Source: Myxococcota bacterium (lineage in GTDB: Bacteria > Myxococcota_A > Polyangia > Nannocystales > Nannocystaceae). From it: a stretch of 64,000 nucleotides of DNA. The notes under the pieces are model-generated. The model saw only the letters and a program-made list of their open reading frames with translations, was not told the origin of the DNA and made no database searches. Positions 1 through 8,704 of this stretch are shown here, piece by piece. The stretch's first letter is position 1. Every line of letters begins with the position of its first letter. The stretch is from assembly GCA_039028615.1 (NCBI GenBank), contig JBCCHT010000016.1:167618-231617 (forward strand). Reading direction: 5' to 3'. The translations under genes were made by a program, and so were the position numbers.

Positions 1-2355
1 GGCGTGTCGCGACTGAGCGGCGCGGCGCAGGACGGTCTCGGGCGACTTGCCGTGCCACGCCCACAGGGTGCGGAAGGCTTCGCTGCGCACCGAGTCGTCT
101 TCGTCGTCGAGCGCATGGCCGAGCAGGACGTCGGCTTGTTCGCGAGTCCGCCCGCCTTGTCCCGGGCCGAGTTTGACCAGGATCTGCAGGGCTCGACGTC
201 GGATGTCGGCGTGCCCACCACCGAGCGCGGTCGCGGCCAGAGACACGGCGCCACGCTCCCCGTCGGGCTCGGCGAGGGTCTGTAGCGCTTCGTAGGCCGC
301 CGAGCGCACGGAATCGTCGGTGTCGTCGAGCAGCCAACGCAAGCGAGTGCGCAGGCGCTCGTCGCCGGCCATCACGGTGGCGGTGGCCACCAGGGCGCCC
401 ACCACTTCGCGACGGACGGAGGAATCGGCCTCGCGCGACAGCTGGAGCAGGGCACCCGTGGAGCGAGCGTCCCCCAGTACGCCGAGGCCCCGAGCGCCGC
501 GCAGCGCGGTGTCGGCATTGCGGCAGACCAGCGCGGCGAACAGCGGCGCGAGATCGTCTTCGTCGGGCGTGCCCTCGAGCGCGGGGTTGGGCCCGAGCGC
601 GCCCTCCTTCTCGAGCTTGACCATCGAGGCGTGCAGCCGCGTGTCGACCCGTCGCAGGGCGCCAGCCAGCGTGGGCCGCCCGGCAATGGCGACCAGGAAG
701 GCCACCCGACGCACCTCGGAGTCTTCGTCGTCCAGCGCCTCTTCGACCAGCGCATAGCCTTCGCCGTCGCGGGCCAGCCCGCGCGAGCCGAGGCGGCGCA
801 GGGTGGTGGCTCGCACGTCGGCGGGGCCTCGGGCCAGCGCCGTACGGGCGGGCTCGAGCGAGGTCTCGGGCTCGAGGCTCTCGAGGGCTTCGAGCGCGGC
901 GTGGCGGACCTTGGCTTCGCCGTCCTGCAGGCGGTCGGCGATCATCGCCGGGACCATCGGGGAGACGTCGCGCAGCTTGGGCAGCCGCCGCAGGGCCTCG
1001 ATCCGAATGCCGGCGAAGCGAGAGCCGAGCGCGGCTCGGGCCGGAGCGAGGGGCTCGTCGGCTTCGAGCTTGGTCAGCGCCTCGAGGGCGACCTTGCGGA
1101 CGTCCTTTTGCTTGTCGTTGAGCGCCTCACGCAGGGTGGGCCGGCTACGACGTCGACCCGAGCGCCCGATGATCTTGGCGGCCAGCGACCGCACCTCGGG
1201 CTTGTCGTCCTTGCGCAGCGCCTTGTCGAGCATGCGCCGCGCGTCGTCCTCGGGCAGCGACCCGAGGGCTTCGAGCGCGGCCTGCCGGGCCTTGGGGCTG
1301 CGGGCCTTGAGCTCGTCGCGAAGCTGCGCGAAGCGGCCGTCGACGCGATCGAAGTCTTCGTCGATCTCGCTGTTCGCGTTGGCGGTGAGCACCGTCAGGC
1401 GGCGCTTCTTGTCGGCGACCACGAGCAGGCCGCCCTGCTTCTCCGGCTTGGCGCGGGAGCCGGGGGGCAGCCAGGTCAGCGCACCCAGCCCGGACTTGCC
1501 GATCTCGAGGCTCTTGGGCTTGCGCCGCGTATCGAGCTGCCACGACTTGAGGCTGCCGTCGTCGCTGATCGAAAAGATTCGCTGCGGTCGCTCTTGCCCG
1601 TGGTCGTCGCGCAGCCGCGGCCCCAGCACCAAGCCACGAACGGCGCCGTCGTGCCCGGCGTCTCCGGAGCGGTTCTCCTCGTCGACCGCGCCGTCCAGGT
1701 AGTAAAGACGCACGGAACCATCGCCCGCGCCCGCGACGACTCGCCCGTCATCGGTGGCGACCAAGCTGTAGACCCCGCCTTCGGCCCCCGGCATGTCGCG
1801 GAGCGTGCCGCCCTCGACGTCGTCCATGGGCAGCGCCCGGAGCACGCTGTCGTCGCCCGAGACGATGAGCCGTCGTCCGTTGGGCTCGATGGCCGCGCAC
1901 TGCAGGGGTCGCGCGCTGACCTGCCGCGAGCCCTTGGCCTTCAGCGCGGGCGTGGCCGACTCGACGGTCAGCTCGAACACGTGCACGCGACCGTCCTGGG
2001 TGGTGACCACCAGGTGTTTGCCCGTGGTGTCGCGCGCGAACGCGGTGACCGGGCTGCCGAGCTTGGGCTCGGAGAAGCGCAGGTCTACCGACTCTTTGCC
2101 GACCTCGATCCCGTACAGCGTGCCGTCGATGCCGCCCGCGACGAGTAGATCGTCGGCGAGGAAGCTCAGCGCGGCGATGGCCGAGCCGACCTCGACCGCG
2201 GCCTGCTCGGTGAGCTTGGTCGAGGACAGGATGTGAACGCTGGAACTCGAGACGGCGTCCGTGTCACGGGCCCCGGCGTACGCGAATAGACGGCCGGATA
2301 GCGAGCCCGTCACGGCTCGTACCCGCTCTACGTGGGAAGCGAATTTGCGAGTCAT
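1..2355 (-). CDS. Large protein with N-terminal beta-propeller (WD40-like) region followed by HEAT/ARM repeats; partial, runs off the left edge
   Basis: Not in the ORF track because it has no stop in the window. Hand translation from ATG at 2355 gives MTRKFASHVERVRAVTG...LSFLADDLLVAGGIDGTLYGIEV. Later segments are HEAT-like (e.g. ...DSEVRRVAFLVA..., ...DDSVRSAAYEAL...). Start lies 9 bp downstream of the stop of the 931-aa gene. Confidence 0.7.
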   Translation of the reverse strand, partial: MTRKFASHVERVRAVTGSLSGRLFAYAGARDTDAVSSSSVHILSSTKLTEQAAVEVGSAIAALSFLADDLLVAGGIDGTLYGIEVGKESVDLRFSEPKLGSPVTAFARDTTGKHLVVTTQDGRVHVFELTVESATPALKAKGSRQVSARPLQCAAIEPNGRRLIVSGDDSVLRALPMDDVEGGTLRDMPGAEGGVYSLVATDDGRVVAGAGDGSVRLYYLDGAVDEENRSGDAGHDGAVRGLVLGPRLRDDHGQERPQRIFSISDDGSLKSWQLDTRRKPKSLEIGKSGLGALTWLPPGSRAKPEKQGGLLVVADKKRRLTVLTANANSEIDEDFDRVDGRFAQLRDELKARSPKARQAALEALGSLPEDDARRMLDKALRKDDKPEVRSLAAKIIGRSGRRRSRPTLREALNDKQKDVRKVALEALTKLEADEPLAPARAALGSRFAGIRIEALRRLPKLRDVSPMVPAMIADRLQDGEAKVRHAALEALESLEPETSLEPARTALARGPADVRATTLRRLGSRGLARDGEGYALVEEALDDEDSEVRRVAFLVAIAGRPTLAGALRRVDTRLHASMVKLEKEGALGPNPALEGTPDEDDLAPLFAALVCRNADTALRGARGLGVLGDARSTGALLQLSREADSSVRREVVGALVATATVMAGDERLRTRLRWLLDDTDDSVRSAAYEALQTLAEPDGERGAVSLAATALGGGHADIRRRALQILVKLGPGQGGRTREQADVLLGHALDDEDDSVRSEAFRTLWAWHGKSPETVLRRAAQSRHA

Positions 2356-2364
2356 GGGCGAATG

Positions 2365-5160
2365 TCAGGAGGCGGCGAGGGAACCGAAGCGGCGGCGGGA
2401 GGAGGTACGAACCGGAGTCGTGCTCGGCGACAGGCTCGTGCCGAAATCGGGGTGGGCGCGGCGGATGCTGGCCAGCGCGGCGATGCAGCCGTTGCGCTCG
2501 CCCTTGCCCTCGGAGTGGGCGAAGGCCTCGAGCACGGGCAGGGCGAGGTCGGCGAAACCCCGGTCCTCGATGCCGAAGTCGCGGATCACCTCGATGAGCC
2601 GGGCCTTGGCGACCGAAGAGGGCAGCGGGCGATCGGGCAGCGAGTCCCCGCCCTGGTGCTCGCGTCGCTCCATGCGTCCGGGCGGCAACCCGAACAAGAC
2701 CGTCCGCAGGAACTCGCGCAGGGCCTCGGTGGTGTCGAAGCGTCGCTCGGCGGGATCGGGCGCGGGCGTGTCGTCGGCCGGGGTCACGTAGGCGTTGGGC
2801 CGGTGCTTTTCCCACAAGAGGCGCACGGCAAAGAGCCGGACCTCGCGGTCGGGGCTCTCCATGAGCCAGGCCAGGCGCTCGGCCCCGCCGACCTGCTGAT
2901 AGGCGCGACGGATGAGGGTCAGGCCGATCTCCCGCGTCGACTTGATGGAGCTCTCCGCCAGCATGAAGACCTGGTCGGGCAGCAGCCACTGTGCGGGCGG
3001 GGCGTCCTCGGGCGCGTCGGGCTGAGCCAGGCGCAGCAGCACTCGGCCGGCAGCGGCCCGTGGCTCGCGGTGGCGGCTATGCGCCAGCCGGTAGGGCAGG
3101 GTCTCGTCGCCCCAGCGGACCATCTCGTGGCGGGCGATGTCCTGGGCGAGGCGGCGCACATCGGAGCGGCCGTCGTCGAACAGCGGTCGCACCCGGCCGA
3201 TGGCGTAGTCGGCGTGCTTGAGCCGCGGCTTGATGCCGTAGTCCTTGGCCTCCTGCATCGTGGGGCCCGCGATGGGGTGATGCACCCGCAGGTAGGTCCC
3301 CGCGAAGGCTCGCACCGTCTCCGGCTCGGACGAGCCCGAGGCCAGCGACCACAGCTTGTCGAGCCCGGTCTGCTCACCCGTGGCGCCGAAGTCCTTGGGC
3401 GAGAAGTGCTCGAGCATGTAGCGGTGGGCGAAGCCGTTGAGGCTCTCGTCGGCCTGCCGCACCATGGTCAGCAGCCAGGGCAGGCCGACCTTGGCCGGCT
3501 TGACGAACTTGGGGTTGCCGAGCACGTCCAGGGCCATCGCGCGCAGTCGCGGTCGCATGACTAGGCCCTTCATCCACTCCACGTCGAGGGCATCGCCCTT
3601 GAGCATCCCGCCTCGCAGCCAGCGGCTGACCCAGTCGGTGTACTTGTGGTTGAGCAGGGCCTCCTTGATCCACTCGATCCCGATCTGCGAGCCGGGGTAG
3701 CGGCCGAGGCTTCGCAGCACCTCGCTCTGCTTCCAGCGGGACAGTCGCTTGTCCTCGAGCAGGGCAAGCCAGTGCTTGGCGGGGATCTTCTTCTTGGCCT
3801 CGTCGTAGAGCTTGGTGACGAAGCGCTGCTGCTCGCGGTTGCCCGTCCACAGCACGATGAACGACTCGGCATCGATGTCGTCGGGGCCGAAGGTGGCCTT
3901 GATCTTCTTGGCGGCCATCTTGGCCGTCTCGCTGCCGCCGAGCAGCCGCACCAGGGCGGGCAGGCCCAGCTCGCGGGCGTCGCGGGAGCCGAGGCGCTCG
4001 GCGGCGAGCTTGCGCACCTCGGACGCACCCTCGGTGGCCAAGCTGACCAGCATCTCCACCGACAGGTCGGGGGCATGGTTGCGGGCGTACTCGATGGCGA
4101 ACTTGCGGGCGTCGCTGCTCTCGGACCGCAGCAAGGAGACGGCCAGGTCGTGCAGGCCGAGCCCGGCGAGCTTCGAGGGGTGGAAGCGCGGGTCGTCCTT
4201 GAGCACCTTGGCCACGAAGTCGTGCACCGAGGCCAGGGGCTTGGCGCCGAGGCGGGCCAGCCAGGCCGGCTCCACTTCGCGCAGGGTCTTGGGAAAATCG
4301 CCGGTCAGGCAGCGGATCGCGAATTGGCAGACCTCGTTGTTGTCCGCGTCCTCGAGCAAGCGCAGCACGGGATCGGGCGAGAGCTTCCAGGCCTTGGGGT
4401 AGGCGCGCTTCTTGAGGTCGGTGGGCGGGCGGCCCAAGCCGCCGCGGCCCTGGCCGCGCAAAATCTCGTGGCCCCAGATCTGGCTGGCCACCCACGAGGC
4501 CCAGAAGTTGAAGCGACGCGGGTAGCGACGCAGCACCTGCACGGCGAACTGCGGGTAGGCCTCGGGCACCGCGTTGCCGAGCTGACGCAGGTATCGCCAC
4601 GCCCGACGCTGCATATAAAGGAAGGTGCCGGGGCTGACCTCACCGGACTTGGTGGGCGTCTGGCCCATCGAGTCGAGGCGCCAGGCGATGACGCCGAACA
4701 TCTCCGCGTCGTGGCGCTCTTCAGCGAGCTTGTAGACCTGCTTGAGCCCCTGCCATAGGCCCCAGCCCACGCGAGCGCGGGTGAAGATTTCCTCGAGCGC
4801 AGCGCGGGCGGGCTCGTCTCCGGCTTCGTACAGCTCGACGAGCAGCGGTCCCAGGCGCAGGCGTGGCGGGGGATGAGGGGCGGCGAGCAACGAGTCCCAC
4901 GCCGACTTGCGGATCGATCGCTGCTCGTCCGCGGGCTTGTAGGTCAGCCTCCCGCCGCCGACCGTGCTGCGCAGACGCTTGAGCGTCCATGCATCCCGCG
5001 ACAACGCGGGGACCGACGCACTGGGGTCGGCCGTCTCGTCTCGATCTTCGGGAGGGTCGGCCTGATCCATGTAGCGGATCACCAGCTCGGCGAGCTGGGG
5101 ATCGCGCTGTTGTGCCGCGCCCTCGATATCCGTCCAGGTGACCTCACGCTCGCTCGCCAT
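2365..5160 (-). CDS. 931-aa alpha-helical (ARM/HEAT-like) repeat protein of unknown function
   Basis: Long ORF with GC3-rich codons and repeated helical motifs (SEVRKLAAERL, DVRRLAQDIA, DREVRLFAVRLL); probably co-transcribed with the downstream HEAT gene. Confidence 0.75.
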   Translation of the reverse strand: MASEREVTWTDIEGAAQQRDPQLAELVIRYMDQADPPEDRDETADPSASVPALSRDAWTLKRLRSTVGGGRLTYKPADEQRSIRKSAWDSLLAAPHPPPRLRLGPLLVELYEAGDEPARAALEEIFTRARVGWGLWQGLKQVYKLAEERHDAEMFGVIAWRLDSMGQTPTKSGEVSPGTFLYMQRRAWRYLRQLGNAVPEAYPQFAVQVLRRYPRRFNFWASWVASQIWGHEILRGQGRGGLGRPPTDLKKRAYPKAWKLSPDPVLRLLEDADNNEVCQFAIRCLTGDFPKTLREVEPAWLARLGAKPLASVHDFVAKVLKDDPRFHPSKLAGLGLHDLAVSLLRSESSDARKFAIEYARNHAPDLSVEMLVSLATEGASEVRKLAAERLGSRDARELGLPALVRLLGGSETAKMAAKKIKATFGPDDIDAESFIVLWTGNREQQRFVTKLYDEAKKKIPAKHWLALLEDKRLSRWKQSEVLRSLGRYPGSQIGIEWIKEALLNHKYTDWVSRWLRGGMLKGDALDVEWMKGLVMRPRLRAMALDVLGNPKFVKPAKVGLPWLLTMVRQADESLNGFAHRYMLEHFSPKDFGATGEQTGLDKLWSLASGSSEPETVRAFAGTYLRVHHPIAGPTMQEAKDYGIKPRLKHADYAIGRVRPLFDDGRSDVRRLAQDIARHEMVRWGDETLPYRLAHSRHREPRAAAGRVLLRLAQPDAPEDAPPAQWLLPDQVFMLAESSIKSTREIGLTLIRRAYQQVGGAERLAWLMESPDREVRLFAVRLLWEKHRPNAYVTPADDTPAPDPAERRFDTTEALREFLRTVLFGLPPGRMERREHQGGDSLPDRPLPSSVAKARLIEVIRDFGIEDRGFADLALPVLEAFAHSEGKGERNGCIAALASIRRAHPDFGTSLSPSTTPVRTSSRRRFGSLAAS

Positions 5161-5435
5161 TTAGCCTCGCGTTGCCCGAAAATGGGGAGCGCAGATCGTC
5201 GGGGAGTGGCGCGTAGATCGCAACCACAAAGATCGAGGAATGTCCGAAAACCGGTCTGTGAGCCGGTCGAGCGAAGTCGACCCTCCGGGGTCCGTTCGAA
5301 GCGATGGCCCAGAAAAGGCACGGCCGTCTTCGAGAACACATTCGAAACTTCGTAATCAGCCTTCGACATCGCCCTCCTTTTTTGGTGGGGCTCGGGAAGG
5401 GTCGCGGCGGGGCCCGTCTTGTAGACTTCTTCGCG

Positions 5436-5900
5436 ATGGCCAAGGCAGTCGTGGGTGAGGGAGGGGTCGACGTTCGGGGGCAGTGTTACTGCGGTGCGAT
5501 CAAGTATCGGGTGAAGATCCCCGAGGGCGGGTCGTCGATCTTCACCGCGTATTGTCACTGCGACAGCTGTCGCCGGGCCCACTCCGCTGCGCTCTACCAG
5601 ATCGCGGCCGTCGACGAGGACCACCACGAGTTCACCGAGGGCGCCGAGAACCTGCAGGAGTTCCACAAGCCCGGGGCCAAGGTGACGCGCGCCTTCTGCC
5701 GCGTCTGCGGTTCGAAGATGCTCAATCGTTTCCCTGGGTGGAAGCCCGGCGGGAAGGTGCCCGTGGGGATCTTCCCCAGCACGCTCGAAGAATCGGCCCA
5801 GCACGCGCTGCCCGAGGTTCTGCAGGCGCAGCACCACAACTGCCGCGAAGAGACCGTGCTGTCCACAGCGATGCTCCAGGACTTCATCGCCCACGGCTGA
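5436..5900 (+). CDS. GFA (glutathione-dependent formaldehyde-activating)/CENP-V family Zn protein
   Basis: Motifs GQCYCGAIKY, CHCDSCRR, RAFCRVCGS. Confidence 0.88.
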   Translation: MAKAVVGEGGVDVRGQCYCGAIKYRVKIPEGGSSIFTAYCHCDSCRRAHSAALYQIAAVDEDHHEFTEGAENLQEFHKPGAKVTRAFCRVCGSKMLNRFPGWKPGGKVPVGIFPSTLEESAQHALPEVLQAQHHNCREETVLSTAMLQDFIAHG

Positions 5901-5968
5901 GCGCCGCGGGGGCGCCCGCTTGCCCGGGCGGGGTCCTTGGGGCATAGATCCGCCCCAGGACCTTCGAG

Positions 5969-6376
5969 ATGAGCACTCCCGACCACGATGCCGTGCTGGC
6001 CATGAATGCGTGCTTCTACGCCGCGTTCGACGACAAAGACCTGAACGCGATGGGCACGGTGTGGTCGAGCGAAGCGGAGGTGACCTGCGTGCACCCGGGC
6101 TGGCCGCCCATCCGGGGGCAGGAGGCGGTGATGGCCAGCTGGAAGGCGATCTTCAAGGGCGACGGCGATGCGCCGACCTGCGACGGACCGAGCTGCCACG
6201 TGCACGGCGACTCGGCCTACGTGCTGTGTCGCGAGCGGCTCGGTGGCGCGGTGCTCATCGCCACCAACGTGTTCGCCCGCGAAAACGGGGCGTGGGTGCT
6301 GGTGCACCACCACGCGTCCCCGCTGGCCCGGGTCCCGGCCACGCCCGACATGGACCCCGAGTTCCTGCCGAACTGA
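5969..6376 (+). CDS. SnoaL-like / NTF2-family protein
   Basis: NACFYAAF...DLNAMGTVWS...CVHPGWPPIRG...ATNVF...WVLVHHHAS pattern. Confidence 0.88.
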   Translation: MSTPDHDAVLAMNACFYAAFDDKDLNAMGTVWSSEAEVTCVHPGWPPIRGQEAVMASWKAIFKGDGDAPTCDGPSCHVHGDSAYVLCRERLGGAVLIATNVFARENGAWVLVHHHASPLARVPATPDMDPEFLPN

Positions 6377-6385
6377 AGGCCGGGC

Positions 6386-7801
6386 TCAGGTGCCCGCGCC
6401 GGCCTCGTGGGCCTTGCGGGCGCGGCGTTCGATCTCGCGGAGCCGCAGCTTCTCTCGCTCTTGTTCTTCTTTCCACTGCGCTTCCATCCGCGCCTGCTCG
6501 GCTTCGAGGTCGGCCAGGACGGTGACGTCCTCGAGCAGCTGGTCGATGTTGGCGATTCGGTCGCGGGCATCGGCGGCTTCGACCGGGTAGCGATCGCCCG
6601 CTTCGGCGGCAAAGCGACGGAAGTACTGCTGAGCGTCGCGGAAGGGCGTGCCGTCGAACTCGGTCTCGCCTTCGTCCCCACCTTTTTTGGGCACCTGCGA
6701 CCGCAAGGGGGCGATGTGCTCGTGGTAGAGGATGCCCAGGTTGTACAGCGCGCGAGGGTCGGTGGTGTCGAGCTTCTGCGCGGTGAGCAGGGTCTGCTCG
6801 GCGCCGTCGAAATCCCGTAGCCCGCGTTGCGCCACGCCCAGACCGAGCAGCGCGACGACGTCCTCGCGGTGGCGCTCGTTGTCGAGGGCTTGCCGTAGGC
6901 TGGTCTCCGCGGTGGCGTAATCGCGGAACCGCAACGCGATCATGGCGATGTTGAGGTGGGCCTCGGGGTGCTCGGCGTCGACGCGAGTGGCCTGCTGAAA
7001 CGCCCGCAGGGCGCGGATTTGGTCGCCGTCTTCCATGAGCAGCAACCCGCGCAGGTTGTGCAGCTCGGCGCTGGCCTGGTCTTGCTCTTGGAGGATGCGC
7101 GTGCCTTGGGTGATGACCAGATCGGCGAGCAGGAGGTACGAGCGCTCACCCTCGCGGCCACGGTCGTAGTAGAGCCGCGCGAGGTTTTCGTAGGCGAGCC
7201 GATTGTCGGTGTCGAGCGCCAGCGCGGTGCGGAGGGTCTTCTCGGCCCGCTGGAAGTCGGTGGCGTCGCCGCCGTGCCGGTAGCGATGACGCAACGCGGC
7301 GGCGAGGTTGTTGCGGGGCTCGGTGGCCTTGGGATCGAGCCGGATCGCCCGGTTGAAGGCATCGACGGCGTCGTCGACCCGTTGCGCCTGCCAGTGCAGG
7401 ACCCCGAGGTTGTTGTAGGCGGCGAAGTACTTCGGGGCCTTGGCGATGACCTCCTCGTACATCTTCACCGCGTCGTCGCGCATGTGGCAGAGGTCGAGCA
7501 CGACGGCGGCGTTGAAGATGCCGAAGACGGAGGCTGGTACCGCGCTGTGGTAGGCGTCGCGGAAGGCCTGGCTGACCGCGGTGCACTCCGATGGCGTGAG
7601 CTGACCGTCGGCTTCGGCCCGTGCCAGCGCCTCGGCGGCGGCATCGAGCTTCTCGCGGACGTGCACCTGCTGAATGGGAACGGGATGGGGCCCTTGGTCG
7701 TCGATGGGAGGCGTGGGCGTGGTGGAGGGGCGGCACGCGGCCAGGGCCAGGGGGGCGCCCAGGGCCAGCGCGAGCGCGGCGTTGCGAATGGAAGGGAACA
7801 T
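6386..7801 (-). CDS. TPR-repeat lipoprotein
   Basis: Lipobox LALAAC; multiple TPR motifs (AYNNLGVL, PRNNLAAAL, AYENLARLY, ALYNLGILY). Start placed at MFPSIRN; alternative start at 7822. Confidence 0.82.
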   Translation of the reverse strand: MFPSIRNAALALALGAPLALAACRPSTTPTPPIDDQGPHPVPIQQVHVREKLDAAAEALARAEADGQLTPSECTAVSQAFRDAYHSAVPASVFGIFNAAVVLDLCHMRDDAVKMYEEVIAKAPKYFAAYNNLGVLHWQAQRVDDAVDAFNRAIRLDPKATEPRNNLAAALRHRYRHGGDATDFQRAEKTLRTALALDTDNRLAYENLARLYYDRGREGERSYLLLADLVITQGTRILQEQDQASAELHNLRGLLLMEDGDQIRALRAFQQATRVDAEHPEAHLNIAMIALRFRDYATAETSLRQALDNERHREDVVALLGLGVAQRGLRDFDGAEQTLLTAQKLDTTDPRALYNLGILYHEHIAPLRSQVPKKGGDEGETEFDGTPFRDAQQYFRRFAAEAGDRYPVEAADARDRIANIDQLLEDVTVLADLEAEQARMEAQWKEEQEREKLRLREIERRARKAHEAGAGT

Positions 7802-8004
7802 CGTAGGGCTCCAGTGCCCCACGAAACGACGAAGCCGACCCGGAACGGACAGGTCGGTCTTCGTCGTCCGCGGGAGTGGATCGAGGAAGGACGGCCGATT
7901 ACACGGGAGGCGGCGGCCGTGGGTTCCCGGGAGAAGTTCGACAAAGTGATGATCCGATGGACGGCGGCCGGCTCTACCCAGCCACGATGTCTCGTTTTTG
8001 TGCG

Positions 8005-8703
8005 ATGAAGGTTGGTGACGCCCTGACGACCCTGGCGACGGGAGCGGTGTCGGCGTTGGTCGTGGGTTGCCTGGCTTCGGGGGAGGAGCCGGACGAATCG
8101 TGGCGCGGCAGCGAGTCGGAGGTCTGCATCGCGCAGTCGCAGGTGAACCTGGCCGCGGCGCTGCATGTCGAGCTCGAGCAGGGGCTCGGGGGCGAGGCGG
8201 TCGATGCCCTGGCCGAGGCCGAGACCCCGGCCGAGCTGGCGCGCTTCGTGGCCGAGGTGTCGCAGCGCTGTGATGCCTGCGAGGTCGCGCAGTATCTCGC
8301 AGCCGCGATGGACCCGCCCGATCGGCAGCCGATGCTCGGTTCCCACCGCGTGCTCGGGCTCGACATCCTGGAGGTCTCGCAGGAGTTCCGCGCGGCGCGA
8401 CCGGCTGCTCCGGCCCCGGGCCTCGACGATCACGGAGACTCGCTGACGAACCTGACCAACGCGATCGACGACCACGGGGACTCGCTGACGAACCTGACCA
8501 ACGCCATCGACGACCACGGAGACTCGCTCACCACGCTCGGCGGCGACGGGGGAGGCGGGGGCATTCGCTGCCGCTCGCCCTTCGCGGGGCTGGGGCTTTG
8601 GGGCGTGCCCATCGGCAGCTGCCTCGAGGACGACGGCGGCCTGCCCGTGCCGCCAGCCGACGCCCTCGCGTGGCCCGTGCCATCCTGCGACGAGGACCTC
8701 TAG
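8005..8703 (+). CDS. Hypothetical lipoprotein with DDHGDSLTNLTNAI tandem repeats
   Basis: Lipobox-like LVVGC; GC3-rich ORF; internal 14-aa repeats. Confidence 0.6.
   Translation: MKVGDALTTLATGAVSALVVGCLASGEEPDESWRGSESEVCIAQSQVNLAAALHVELEQGLGGEAVDALAEAETPAELARFVAEVSQRCDACEVAQYLAAAMDPPDRQPMLGSHRVLGLDILEVSQEFRAARPAAPAPGLDDHGDSLTNLTNAIDDHGDSLTNLTNAIDDHGDSLTTLGGDGGGGGIRCRSPFAGLGLWGVPIGSCLEDDGGLPVPPADALAWPVPSCDEDL
8425..8538 (+). repeat. 42-bp coding tandem repeat, about 2.7 copies (DDHGDSLTNLTNAI)
   Basis: Units begin at 8425, 8467 and 8509; the first two differ only at synonymous positions. Confidence 0.9.
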
Positions 8704-8704
8704 C

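Noticed and set aside
631..2148. 505-aa plus-strand ORF, and similar long ORFs at 35582-38761, 47484-50675, 14355-16916 and 44469-45959
   Set aside because: Antisense or off-frame shadows of well-supported genes; common in high-GC DNA and lacking any motifs.
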